Assembly: GCA_002269645.1 (NCBI GenBank)
Contig: NIVC01002090.1
Location: 1 to 64,000 of the forward strand
Source of the DNA: Macrostomum lignano
Lineage: Eukaryota
DNA length: 64,000 nt
Direction: 5' to 3'
A program made the translations under genes and the position numbers. Under the pieces are notes generated by a model that did no database searches, was not told the origin of the DNA, and saw only the letters and a program-made list of their open reading frames with translations. The stretch's first letter is position 1; the number at the start of each line of letters is the position of its first letter. This document shows positions 24,675-38,700 of this stretch, in pieces.

Positions 24675-24745
24675 GGTTGTCACTGCAGGCAGTTGTCACT
24701 GCAGGCAGTTGTCACTGCAGGCAGTTGTCACTGCAGGCAGCTGTC
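24675..24745. repeat. 16-bp tandem repeat (GTTGTCACTGCAGGCA), about 4.5 copies
   Basis: Visible directly. Confidence 0.9.
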
Positions 24746-26111
24746 AGTGGCGTGAGACTTATCCAATCCATATAGTTAGGCCTTACATGTAGGTGCTTTG
24801 TAAATTTCAGTCTATGTTGTTAATACTGTAGTACTCGTAAAATGTCAAAATCACGGCGTTCATTAATTTACTCGATCCTATCTAAACAGTAATAGCGAGT
24901 TCGGCTTTTCTCTTCTAGTACTCTACTTTCGTACAGCAATATTTTGCACCGTGTAAGCCAGTCTATAGCGAGTTTAGCTGTCCCCAGCGAGTATAGGGGG
25001 TATGGGGTTAGGATATTTTATGAGCCGTTGCGTGCTTCATCACAGATTGACTCGCGTGTCTTGTTGAACGTCTCTCCCACTAGGATTTCTCCCTTACGGC
25101 TCTCCTCTCCCCTCTCTGTAGCAACAGTCTACAGTCCATCGGGACTCGCTTAGTTACTAAATGCACATAAAAAATATTCGCATTCCAGCGCCAGAATTCG
25201 GGGAAGACTGGACTTGTTGCTGTGTCCTCGTCCCCGGGACTCCCCGCCCTCTGCCTTGCGTGCTAGGACGTAGTTATAAGCTAATCTTCCTCCTGCGACT
25301 GGCGTAATCGGCAAATCACTCACCCCACTCCCTACTCCTCCTCATCGTAGGCTCCCCCCTCCCCCAAAGACTGGGCACAAATTCCACGCAACCCGTATTT
25401 CCTCTAGCTGCCTCTGCTGCTCACGTATCCCAATCTATTCCCTTCCATCTCTTTCCCCATCCAAGCTCTTCCATTCATGCTTGAATAGACTTGCTCCACC
25501 GTTGGATTGGCTTGCAGTTAAACTTGATTTTTTTACTTTAACAAATATCTTTGTAGACCAGTATATTTTTAATCTGTTAGGTTATATGAAGTTCGAATTT
25601 AGTTTAGTTTGTAATTGCGCACTCGTCGTCAACAACGGAAAACTTTTCTAGCAGTTATAACTGTCTTATCATAATATTTTTTTGTTTATTCCTACTAAAC
25701 ATACAGTCAGTGTATCTTAGTGCATTCCAGATGCATTAAATCCCATTGCAGTGACCGATCATTTAGGATGATATGATGATGATTATATTTTTTCTCCAGC
25801 TAAAAACCGTTCCTGTCTGACTGCCTGTCCATCTATGCAGATTCATTAATTCCTTTAAATCTGGGTGGTTGGCTCCAAGTCACTCTTGGACTCGACTGTC
25901 TGTCGTTTTTCTCTTCCGACAGCGCATCTCCTTCAGTTATTCCGTGCACACTTAACCCCAAACCAAATTAAAACTATTAGCAGACTTTTGCCACTGCGGT
26001 GGATTTCGTAATTTAGATTTACTATTTATTATATTCAATTGATTGAATGATTAATCACTGCATCGAGCTACTATTTAAAGACTTCACTGCATCAAAAGCC
26101 AGCAAAAATGG

Positions 26112-26330
26112 GGCTCACTTGCACCAGCTCGGAACTCCACAAGCTGGAGACTTCAGTGCATCATAAAATAAAGAATTTGGCTCACTTGCACCAGCTCGGA
26201 ACTCCACAAGCTGGAGACTTCAGTGCATCATAAAATAAAGAATGTGGCTCACTTGCACCACAAGCTGGAGACTTCAGTGCATCATAAAATAAAGAATGTG
26301 GCTCACTTGCACCAGTTCGGAGCTCCACAC
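26112..26330. repeat. 67-bp tandem repeat, about 3.4 copies
   Basis: GGCTCACTTGCACCAG units start at 26112, 26179, 26246 and 26300; the third copy has a 13-bp deletion. Confidence 0.9.
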
Positions 26331-28144
26331 TTTTAAAACTAAAAGCGAAATAACATGGCAACTTTTACTTGATGATACTTAAAGATAGAGCTTAAAAAAC
26401 GGCCCATCTTGACCCCTTGTCCCCCGGGTCTATGACGTTACTGTCCTTAACTATTAAGCTGCAGTCCTATGGCCTTAGGTTAGATCATTAGTAGCAGATT
26501 ATATTAGTTAAACTAAATGATAGAATTTACTGTAGATACAGATTGATCGAGCGAACTCCTGGCAGTTGATTGGTAACGGCTATCTCTCCTTCTTTCCATC
26601 CCTGACTTCATTAGCCCTAGTCCCGCTGGGTCACGTCCGCCTTCCTAAATTGAAGCCGTTTAGAAAGCTTCATAAGAAGAGAAAAAGGAGAGAGAGAGAG
26701 AGAGAGAGAGAGAGAAGCAGAGTAGAGTAAGGAGATGAAGCTGGCAGTTTTTCTTCAATCTTTCCTGCTATATATCGGTGCCTCTCTGCACAACACATAG
26801 TCTAGTCGGTAGGTAGGTAGGTAGCTCTCGTGCACGATTCCCCAAACAACTATGGAGTGGGTGGAGCAGTATACAATTAGGGCGGAAAGGCTTTTTCCTA
26901 GAAAAAACCTCCCCGCGATCTGAAGAGAGAAGAAGGTCGTGGAAGACTGGAGAGAGGAAGTGAGGAGATGAGTAGCGGGGCGAAGGTTAGTCTTGGCGAT
27001 GCGGCTTGGTTTAAGGCGAAGGGCTAATATAATAAAAGTAATGGTCATGATGAGATGACAGAAAACTTCCTTAGATAAGTGAGTACCCCCACAGTTAGAG
27101 GCAGACTGTATCCGGGATCGCTGATGAAGCTTATGGGGAGCTTTCAACATTGAAACATATAAAGTTTCCATTCTGTAGTTTTATGATTGTGATATCTGTA
27201 TATCCCAGCTCGCTACTTTTCAATGCCTTTCACTTTTCTGCGTCGGTATCTACTGCTTAATACTGAAACTACTGCATTGTGTTTCTCAGCACGCGCAGAT
27301 TATTTATTCGCAGGGTGTGGCTAATGGCTAAGATAATCCTTAGGATACATTTTCCCTCTAGTGTTTTTTAATTTTAATGCCCGGGTGCACCAATGCACGC
27401 GGGAGTTTACTTTCTACTAGGATCGATATCATCTCTGTCCTCGCATTCGCATGGGATCGCAATGCAATCATATTCAGTTCTCAGCGCAATAATAATATTG
27501 ACCCGACATTGTCCCCAATAATGCCTCTAGCGAAAAATCTTTCTTGTCAAATTCTCATGCATACTACTTATCGTATTTAACAGTAGTCTAACTCTATGTG
27601 TATTGTGTTATTATTTTGTGCGAAGAAACATTCTAAAGTAATTTAGATTCAGTTTAACCATTGCTCTAATACAAAGGTGGAAAACTGAACGTAGCTTTTA
27701 TGATTTCTTTTAGTTTATAGTCAGTTTATAGTGTTAATAGCCAGTTTATAGTTAGTTTATAGTCGATTTATAGTCACGATCTATATAGCCATCAATGGTG
27801 AGTAGGTAAGCTACAGACCCGAATATTATAACAAAGTTATCCAAGCTTGAAATAAAATAAGCCAAGGTTAAAAACAGTTAATTCATCTGCATATAGTGTC
27901 GCATCTAGTTATAGTTTATTACTAGCAATCTACGCCCCCCGTTGGGGAGCCAAAGAAATGCTATACACGTTTTTTTAATAAGCTACATGTATCCTTGAAA
28001 TCTTAAAAAATCTCCTGTCAAACCTTGTAAGCCTTGACATGTCAGTAATTCCCCCCCCCCCAGCTTTAACATATCAACTTCCCCCTTGACATCTCAGCAA
28101 TGCCCCCAATAAGCCTTGGAAATCTAAAAATATCTGTCAACCTT

Positions 28145-28188
28145 CTAACCCTAACCCTAACCCTAACCCTAACCCTAACCTAACCCTA
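28145..28188. repeat. Interstitial telomere-type repeat (CCCTAA)n inside a Helitron
   Basis: About 7 copies; also at ~31644 and ~43525. Opposite-orientation (TTAGGG)n tracts at ~37006, 38195, 39245, 41260, 48890, 50079, 51129, 52412 and 54912. Confidence 0.9.
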
Positions 28189-28964
28189 AAGCATTGAAAT
28201 TTCAGTAATTCTCTCTAAGAGTCATTATAGCACTACTACAGCATTATAGCGATAAGCTTCTTTCATTTTTTACATAACGCTTTTTTTATCAGCGATCCCT
28301 CGCCTGAGGAGGCATCAAATAATGTAATAAAAAGTTTTCAATAAACTACATGTAGCTTCTGACTTTAGCCTTGAAATCTCATTTATACCCCCGTGAGCCT
28401 TGACATCTCAGCTATTCCCCCCCCGTCCGTAAGCTTTGACATGTCAGCGATGGCCCCCATAAACCTTGAAATCTAAAAAATCCACTGTTAACCTTGAAAC
28501 CCGATAAAATATAACCCTCAACCCACACCTGACCTAAACCTAACTTTAACCCAACCTAAAGCCTTGAAATCTCAGCAATTCTTCTCCCCTAAGCCTTGAC
28601 ATTTTAGTGATTCCTTCTTTAAGAATCACAGCACTATAACGATTTCCACCAAGCTTTGACATCGTAGCAATTCCCAAATGAATCTTTTAACTTCGACATG
28701 ACTTGTCTTTTATGTATACATAGTGCTACTTTTATTTTTTACATGACTCTTCTTCTATCAGCACCCCCCCCATGGCGAGCCAACAAAGAATGCAATAAAA
28801 AATTGAGTAAAGTACATGAACTTTGAAGTAGCTTCTGACTTTTGCTTTGAGATCCCAGAAACAACCCCCCCCCCTCGTAATCTCAGTTATTCTCTGAGAG
28901 CCTTTACGTCTCAGTTTTTCTTCCCAGCACAGCATTATAGCTGCATTTCATTTTTACATGACAT

Positions 28965-30795
28965 CCTTCATGTCTGACATGACGCTTCTTTTGATTTTTA
29001 CATTACACTTCTTTTATTCTTCCATGATGCTTCTTAATTTTTTAAATGATGCTTTCATTAGTTTTTAAATGAGGCTTCTATGATTTTTTCATGACGCTTC
29101 TATGATTGTTTACATGACGCTTCTATGCTTTTTACATGACGCTTCTATGCTTTTTACATGACGCTTCTATGATTATTTCATGACGCTTCGATGATTGTTT
29201 ACATGACGCTTCTATGATTGTTTACATGATGCTTCTACGAATTCTGCAGGATGCTTCTATGATTTTTACATGATGCTTCTATGATTTTTTCATGACGCTC
29301 CTATGATTTTTTCATGACGCTTCTATGATTTTTTCATGACGCTTCCATGATTTTTTACATGAAGCTACTATGATTTTTACATGACGCTTCCATGATTTTT
29401 TACATGACGCTTCTATGATTTTTTACATGACGCTTCCATGATTTTTTACATGACACTTCTATGATTTTTACATGACGCTTCTATGCTTTTTACATGACGC
29501 TTCCATGATTTTTTACATGACACTTCTATGATTTTTACATGATGCTTCCATGATTTTTTCATGACGCTTCTGTGATTGTTTATATGACGCTTCTATGCTT
29601 TTTGTATGACGCTTCCATGATTTTTTACATGACACTTCTATGATTTATACATGACGCTTCTATGATTTTTTCATGACGCTTCTGTGATTGTTTATATGAT
29701 GCTTCTATGCTTTTTATATGACGCTTCTATGATTGTTTACATGACGCTTCTATGCTTTTTATATGACGATTCTATGATTTTTACATGACGCTTCTATGAT
29801 TTTTACATGACGTTTCTATGATTTTTTCATGACGCTCCTATGTTTTTTTCATGACGCTTCTATGATTTTTTCATGATGCTTCTATGATTTTTACATGACG
29901 CTACTATAATTTTTACATGACGCTTCCATGATTTTTTACATGACGCTTCTATGCTTTTTACATGACGCTTCAATGATTATTTCATGACGCTTCTACGATA
30001 TCTGCAGGACGCTTCTATGATTGTTTACATGACGCTTCTATGATTTTTACATGACGCTTCTATGATTTTTTCAGGACGCTCCTATGTTTTTTTCATGACG
30101 CTTCTATGATTTTTTCATGACGCTTCCATGATTTTTTACATGACGCTTCTATGATTTTTTACATGACGCTTCCATGATTTTTTACATGACACTTCTATGA
30201 TTTTTACATGACGCTTCCATGATTTTTTTTCATGACGCTTCCATGATTTTTTACATGACGCTTCCATGATTTTTTTCATGACGCTTCTATGATTTTTACA
30301 TGACGCTTCCATGATTTTTTACATGGCACTTCTATGATTTTTTGCATGACGCTTCTATGATTGTTTACATGACGCTTCTATGATTTTTTACATGACGCTT
30401 CTATGATTGTTTACATGACACTTCTATGATTTTTTACATGACGCTTCTATGATTGTTTACATGACGCTTCTATGATTGTTTACATGACGCTTCTATGATT
30501 GTTTACATGACGCTTCTATGATTTTTTACATGACGCTTCTATGATATTTTCATGACGCTTCCACAATTTTTTACATGACGCTTCTATGAATTTACATGAT
30601 GCTTCTACGATTTCTGCAGGACGCTTCTATGATTTTTACATGATGCTTCTATGATTTTTTCATGACGCTCCTATGATTTTTTCATGACGCTTCCATGATT
30701 TTTTACATGACGCTTCTATGATTTTTTACATAACGCTTCTATGATTTTTACATGACGCTTCTATGATTTTTTACATGACGCTTCTATGATTTTTT
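28965..30795. repeat. 22-23-bp satellite (ATGACGCTTCTATGATTGTTTAC / ..ATTTTTAC) inside Helitron family A
   Basis: About 80 copies here; further arrays at about 32510-34170, 34675-35150, 44395-46055 and 46555-47032. Confidence 0.95.
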
Positions 30796-33700
30796 AGTTT
30801 TCTTTTTGGTGTTAAAAAGCTTTAATTAAAAAAATTCCACTCTCTAAAAATTCGAACCATCGTCCCTGCATTTAGCAGTCAGTCTGTTTACCTCTAGGCT
30901 AGCTCTCATCGTTTTGATAATATGAATTTTAGCACTTATAATTATAAGTTTCAAAACTCCAAGCATGGAGTAAATCACACGAGGCAGTTATGACATAATC
31001 AATTTCTCAGTCAGTCAGTATCAGTTAACAATATGGTTACGCAATCTAAATCACGTCTGGTGTTTCGCTTCCACACTGCATTTTCAATACTGTGACGCAA
31101 TTCAAGTCGGAGTTACAATTCAGTTATGATGCAATCTATTTTAGAATCAGAATTCAACCAGTCAATTTTTTTCTAGCATTCTTACAATGCATTTCAAGTC
31201 GAAAAGTTTGCTTGACCTTTGCAAAAAAGCATGTTTTTCGAGTATTTAATGCCTTTAGCATCGAGCAATTTCTTAGCCAAGACACATGTACCGTCACGGG
31301 AAAATTTCTGATCGAACAGTGCAAGTCTCATGAAAATCGGTTAAGCCATTTTTTCTCTAATCGATTACAAGCAAGCAAGCAAGCAAGCAAGCAAGATTTT
31401 CATTTTTAGTATATAGGACTAGCAATCTACGCCCCCCGTTGGGGAGCCAAAGAAATGCAATACACGTTTTTTTAATAAGCTACATGTATCCTTGAAATCT
31501 TAAAAAATCTCCTGTCAAACCTTGTAAGCCTTGACATGTCAGTAATTCCCCCCCCACAAGCTTTAACATATCAACTTCCCCCCTTGACATCTCAGCAATG
31601 CCCCCAATAAGCCTTGGAAATCTAAAAATATCTGTCAACCTTCTAACCCTAACCCTAGCCTAACCCTAACCCTAACCCTAACCCTAAAGCATTGAAATTT
31701 CAGTAATTCTCTCTAAGAGTCATTATAGCACTACTACAGCATTATAGCGATTCCTTGCAAGCCTCAACATCGTAGGGATTCCCAAATGAATCTCTTAACT
31801 TTGACATGAAGCTTCTTTTATTTTTTACATTACGCTTTTTTATCAGCGATCCCTCCCCTGAGGAGGCATCAAATAATGTAATAAAAAGTTTTCAATAAAC
31901 TACATGTAGCTTCTGACTTTAGCCTTGAAATCTCATTTATACCCCCGTGAGCCTTGACATCTCAGCTATTCCCCCCGTAAGCCTTAACATGTCAGCGATG
32001 GCCCCCATAAACCTTGAAATCTGAAAAATCCCCTGCTAACCTTGAAACCCGATAAAATATAACCCTCAACCCACACCTGACCTAAACCTAACTTTAACCC
32101 AACCTAAAGCCTTGAAATCTCAGCAATTCTTCTCCCCTAAGCCTTGACATTTTAGTGATTCCTTCTTTAAGAATCACAGCACTATAACGATTTCCACCTA
32201 GCTTTGACATCGTAGCAATTCCCAAATGAATCTTTTAACTTCGACATGACTTTTCTTTTATGTATACATAGTGCTACTTTTATTTTTTACATGACTCTTC
32301 TTCTATCAGCGCCCCCCCCCGTGACGAGCCAACAAAGAATGCAATAAAAAATGGAGTAAAGTACATGAACTTTGAAGTAGCTTCTGACTTTTGCTTTGAC
32401 ATCTCAGAAACCCCCCCCCCGTAATCTCAGTTATTCTCTGAGAGCCTTTACGTCTCAGTTTTTCTCCCCAGCACAGCATTATAGTTGCATTTAATTTTTA
32501 CATGAACCCTTCATGTCTGACATGACGTTTCTTTTATTCTACCATGACGCTTCTAATTTTTTAAATGACACTTTCATTAGTTTTAAATGAGGCTTCTATG
32601 ATTTTTTCTTGACGCTTCTATGATTTTTACATGATGCTTCTATGATTTTTATATGACGTTTCTATATTGTTTACATGACGCTTCTATGATTGTTTACATG
32701 ACGCTTCTATGATTGCTTACATGACGCTTCTATGATTTTTTACATGACGCTTCTATGATTGTTTACATGACGCTTCTACGATTTTTTACATGACGCTTCT
32801 ATGATTGTTTACATGACGCTTCTACGATTTTTACATGACGCTTCTATGATTGTTTACATGACGCTTCTATGATTTTTAAATGACGCTTCTATGATTTTTA
32901 CATGACGCTTCTATGATTTTTATATGACGTTTCTATGATTGTTTACATGACGCTTCTATGATTGTTTACATGACGCTTCTATGATTGCTTACATGACGCT
33001 TCTATGATTTTTTACATAACGCTTCTATGATTGTTTACATGACGCTTCTACGATTTTTTACATGACGCTTCTATGATTTTTACATGACGCTTCTACGATT
33101 TTTTACATGACGCTTCTATGATTGTTTACATGACGCTTCTATGATTGTTTACATGACGCTTCTATGATTGTTTACATGACGCTTCTACGATTTTTTACAT
33201 GACGCTTCTATGATTGTTTACATGACGCTTCTATGTTTGTTTACATGACGCTTCTATGATTGTTTACATGACGCTTCTATGATTTTTTACATGACGCTTC
33301 TATGATTGTTTACATGACGCTTCTATGATTGTTTACATGACGCTTCTATGATTGTTTACATGACGCTTCTACGATTTTTTACATGACGCTTCTATGATTG
33401 TTTACATGACGCTTCTATGATTTTTACATGACGCTTCTATGATTGTTTACATGACGCTTCTATGATTTATATGACGTTTCTATGATTGTTTACATGACGC
33501 TTCTATGATTGTTTACTTGACGCTTCTATGATTGCTTACATGACGCTTCTATGATTTTTTACATAACGCTTCTATGATTGTTTACATGACGCTTCTACGA
33601 TTTTTTACATGACGCTTCTATGATTGTTTACATGACGCTTCTACGATTTTTTACATGACGCTTCTATGATTGTTTACATGACGCTTCTATGATTGTTTAC

Positions 33701-35743
33701 ATGACGCTTCTATGATTGTTTACATGACGCTTCTATGATTTTTACATGACGCTTGAATGATTGTTTACATGACGCTTCTATGTTTGTTTACATGACGCTT
33801 CTATGATTGTTTACATGACGCTTCTATGACTTTTTAAATGACGCATCTATGATTTTTATATGACGCTTCTATGATTTTTTACATGACGCTTCTATGATTG
33901 TTTACATGACGCTTCTATGATTTTTTACATGACGCTTCTATGATTTTTTACATGACGCTTCTATGATTGTTTTTATGACGCTTCTATGATTGTTTACATG
34001 ACGCTTCTATGATTGTTTACATGACGCTTCTATGATTTTTTTAAATTACGCTTCTATGATTTTTTTTAGATAACGCTTCTTTGATTTTTAAATGACGCTT
34101 CTACGATTTTTTACATGACGCTTCTATGATTGTTTACATGACGCTTCTATGATTTTTACATGACGCTTCTTTTTAAAAAGTCTTTTAGTTTTCCTGATGT
34201 TGAAAAGCTTTAATTAAAAAAATTATACTCTATGAAAATTCGAACCAATTCGAACCAAACTGCATTTAGCAGTTCAGTTTGTTCACCTCTAGGCTAGCTC
34301 TCATCGTTTTGATAACATCAAATTTTTCACTTATATAATTCAACACTTTAAAATCCAAGCATAGAGTAAATTACACGAAGCAGTTATGACATAATCAGTT
34401 TCTCAGTCAGTCAGTATCAGTTAACAATATGGTTACGCAATTTAAATCAAGTTTGGTGCTACGCTTCCACACTGAGTTACAATTCAGTTATGATGCAATC
34501 TATTTCAGAATCAGAATTCAACCAGTCAGTTTTTTCTCTAGCATTCTTACAATGCATTTCAAGTCGAAAAGTTTGCTTGACCTTTGCAAAAAAGCATGTT
34601 TTTCGAATATTTAATGCCTTTAGCATCGAGCAATTTCTTAGCCACGATGCATGTACCGTCACGGGAAAATTTGTTTCACATGACGCTTCTATGATTGTTT
34701 ACTTGACGCTTCTATGATTGCTTACATGACGCTTCTATGATTTTTTACATAACGCTTCTATGATTGTTTACATGACGCTTCTACGATTTTTTACATGACG
34801 CTTCTATGATTGTTTACATGACGCTTCTACGATTTTTTACATGACGCTTCTATGATTGTTTACATGACGCTTCTATGATTGTTTACATGACGCTTCTATG
34901 ATTGTTTACATGACGCTTCTATGATTTTTACATGACGCTTCTATGATTGTTTACATGACGCTTCTATGTTTGTTTACATGACGCTTCTATGATTGTTTAC
35001 ATGACACTTCTATGATTTTTTACATGACGCTTCTATGATTGTTTACATGACGCTTCTATGATTGTTTACATGACGCTTCTATGATTGTTTACATGACGCT
35101 TCTATGATTTTTTACATGACGCTTCTATGACTTTTTAAATGACGCTTCTTTTTAAAAAGTCTTTTAGTTTTCCTGATGTTGAAAAGCTTTAATTAAAAAA
35201 ATTATACTCTATGAAAATTCGAACCAATTCGAACCAAACTGCATTTAGCAGTTCAGTTTGTTCACCTCTAGGCTAGCTCTCATCGTTTTGATAACATCAA
35301 ATTTTTCACTTATATAATTCAACACTTTAAAATCCAAGCATAGAGTAAATTACACGAAGCAGTTATGACATAATCAGTTTCTCAGTCAGTCAGTATCAGT
35401 TAACAATATGGTTACGCAATTTAAATCAAGTCTGGTGCTACGCTTCCACACTGAGTTACAATTCAGTTATGATGCAATCTATTTCAGAATCAGAATTCAA
35501 CCAGTCAGTTTTTTCTCTAGCATTCTTACAATGCATTTCAAGCCGAAAAGTTTGCTTGACCTTTGCAAAAAAGCATGTTTTTCGAATATTTAATGCCTTT
35601 AGCATCGAGCAATTTCTTAGCCACGATGCATGTACCGTCACGGGAAAATTTCTGATCGAACAGTGCAAGTTCGAACAAAATCGGTCCAGCCATTTTTTCT
35701 CTAATCGATCACATAGACACAGACAGACAATTTTTAGTATATA

Positions 35744-38700
35744 CGAGTGGAACTCCTCCTTCGGAGGAGAAAGGGGAAGAACTCCCATCACCGGAATTCT
35801 ATTCCCTGAAATATCCATCAACTGAAATTCCATGTCTTTAACCCTATCTTCCAAATCGTCTCCAAATTCTTTACAAAATCTTTCAGAGACCATAGCTCAA
35901 AGACTCTCAAGTCTCTCATATCTCCTCTCTCCTCTCTCTCATCTCATCTCTACCCCTGCTCCCTTATTTATCTCTTCTCCCTCGTCTTTCGTCTGTACCT
36001 TCTCCTGTCTTCTGTCTCCTCTCTTCACTCTTATCTCTCCCTCTTCTCTCCTCTCTCATATGTCATCTCTACTCACTTATCTATCGTCTCTCTTAACCCT
36101 CTCTCTCTCTTCTCTTTTCTCTTCTCTCTGCTCTCATTTCTCATATTTCATATACGCTCTGACACTACTTTCTTGTCTCCCATCTTTCTTCCTCCTTTTC
36201 ACTATCCCCTGTCTCTTCTCTTCTCTCTTTTCTATTCTCTCCATTCTCTCTTTTCTCCTTTCCTTGCTCCTTTCATCTCTCTCCTCTCTCCTCACTCTCT
36301 TCTCCTTTCGCTTCTCTCTCCTCTCTCTCCTCTCATCTTTACTACCTTATTTATATCTTCTCCCTAGTCTTTCGTCTGTACTCTCTCCTGTCTCCTCTCT
36401 CCCCTCCTCTCTCATCCCTCATCTCCTCATCTCACTCTTTCTTTCTCCTCTACTCTCCCCTCTCTTCTATTGCCTCTGTACGCTCTTATCCCTCATCTAT
36501 TCTCTCTCCTATCATCTCCAATCTGTCATGTCTAATCTCTCCACTCAATTATACTCTGTTTTCTATCATCTCTTCTCTCTTCTCTTTTCAGTCTTCTCTT
36601 TACTCTCTTCTCTGACTGATTGAAGATGCCAAATCCATCAAGATCCTCTCCGCGAAGAAAAATCCTGTCTGTGCAACTAAAAACCATCGAAATCCTCTCA
36701 GTGAAACTGGACTCCTTCGAAATCCTCTCCTTGAAACTTAAATCCATCAAAATTGTTTCCATAAAACAGAAATCAATCATAAATTATCTCCGCGAAACAG
36801 AAAGCCTCTCCGTGAAGCTGAACATGATCGAAATCCTCTCCGTGAAACTGAACACCATGGAAATCCTTTCGTGAAACTGAACATCATCGAAATCCTCTCC
36901 ACGAAACAGAAATCTTCTCCGTCAGAATTTAAACATTGAAATCGTCTCCGCTAAACTTGACTTAATCGAATTTTTTCCGTCAAACAACTCAACTCGCCAG
37001 ATTCATTAGGGTTAGGGTTAGGGTTAGGGTTAGGGTTAGAACTACGCACAGCTTCGTGTTAAAAGGCACAGATAAAAATATTGAACTAATTGTATCAATT
37101 CATTGCGCAACCGATTTCACAGTCAGTCAGTATCAGCCTCAGGTAAAGTTAACAAAAACATTGCGCAATCTAAATCGACCCTCCAATACACAGCAGCAGT
37201 GAGAAGTTGAACCCTCCCCCCAACAATCTTTGCAGATTAAAGTACAATCTTTGCAGAAAGTTAAAGCTGTGCTTTTTCTTTTCATATTTAAAGCAAACAA
37301 CTTATATCCCCGAACTCAGCGTTGCAAGATCTTGCCAGCAATATAAGTTTCTCCTCTCAAAGTTTAAAACTCGAGGAACAGTTAGCGTTTGAAACTGTCT
37401 GATTTATAGCATTGAAGTATCGAGTGTACGTTCACTGCCTGCTTGAAAGTTGATGCATTGAATTTCAATGTCCAACAAATACACAGGACTGCCCATTGAA
37501 AGGCAGGAAAACTTATCAGTAGCCATATCATTGCGCAATTATCTATAAAGTCAGCCAGTGAGCCAGGGTCCAAGTGTACACACGCAGCCACTGAGAACGC
37601 TCCCACCCCCCACTGGAAAGAAAATACACTACAGAGATAGGGAAAAGTTGTGGCGCAATCACTAAAAATTCATGCATTTTTCAGCTCCAAGCAGAAAGAG
37701 GGGACAATTAAGATTATTAAAGGTCAAGACCGCCGTTTTCTGCTTTTTTGAGGATCTTAGAAATTAAAATTTCAGAATTAAAATAGCCTATAGCCGACCT
37801 CGGATAATTTCCAATCTTCCCATATAAGTTTCAACGCTGAGTTGGCACTATTCAAGGAGGAGTTGTCGAAATGACAGACAGACATACAGACAGACATACA
37901 GACAGACAAACAACGCGTCAACTTTAGTATATACGAGGCCAACTCCTCCTTCGGAGAAGAAAGGGGAAGAACTCCAATCAGCGGAATTCCATTCCCTGAA
38001 CTCCATCAGCGGAATCCCATTTTCCAACACCTCTCCGCGCAACAGAAATCGTCTCCGTGAAACTGAACACTATCGAAATCCTCTCCGTGAAACTGAACAC
38101 CATCGAAATATTCTCCGCGAAATAGAAATCCTCTCCGTGAAACTGGACTAAATCGAAATTTCTACGTCAAACAGCCCAGCTCTCAGAATTCATTGGTTAG
38201 GGTTAGGGTTAGAGCTACACACAGCTGCGTGTTGAAAGGCGCCGTAAAAACATTGAACCAATTAAATTGCGCAACTTATTTCTCAGGCAGTCAGTATCAG
38301 CCTCAGTTAAAGTTAACAAAAAGATTGCGCAATCTAAATCAACCCTCAAATACACAGCAACCGACCCCCCTTCCAATACGCAGTGCAGCTAGAAATTGAA
38401 CCCCCCCCACCAACTATTGGGGGGTCGGTCGAACCCCCATAGAACTCCAAAATGAGCACAATCTTTGCAGAAAGCTTAAAGTATGAAAATCTTTTCTTGA
38501 ATGCTGTGAATTTAATTTTCATATTTAAAGCAAAAAACTTATATCCCCGAACTCATCGCAGCAAGATCTTTCCAGCAATATAAGTCTCTCCTCTCTAAGT
38601 TCAAAACTCGAGCAACAGTTAGTGTTTGAAACTTTCTGATTTTAAGCATTGAAATATCGAGTGTACCTTCACTGCCTGCTAAAGATGCTCGCGAGTTTAT

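Larger units (their letters stand above)
27922..31418 (-). mobile_element. Non-autonomous Helitron-like element, family A, unit 1 (3.5 kb, simple form)
   Basis: Minus strand begins TCCTATATACTAAAAATG..(CTTG)n and ends with hairpin GCTCCCC-AAC-GGGGGGC + 8 nt + CTAG followed by T. Contains (CCCTAA)n and a 22-23-bp satellite; no Rep/helicase ORF. Confidence 0.85.

Noticed and set aside
26112-26330. Repeat arrays as possible CRISPR
   Set aside because: No unique spacers, no cas genes, and a eukaryotic spliced-gene context.
26755-27580. 138-aa minus ORF and 67-aa plus ORF
   Set aside because: No motifs, no codon bias like the real exons, no splice support.
28145-28188. True chromosome end
   Set aside because: The tracts are only about 3-7 units long, occur in both orientations and are embedded in repeats within an intron.
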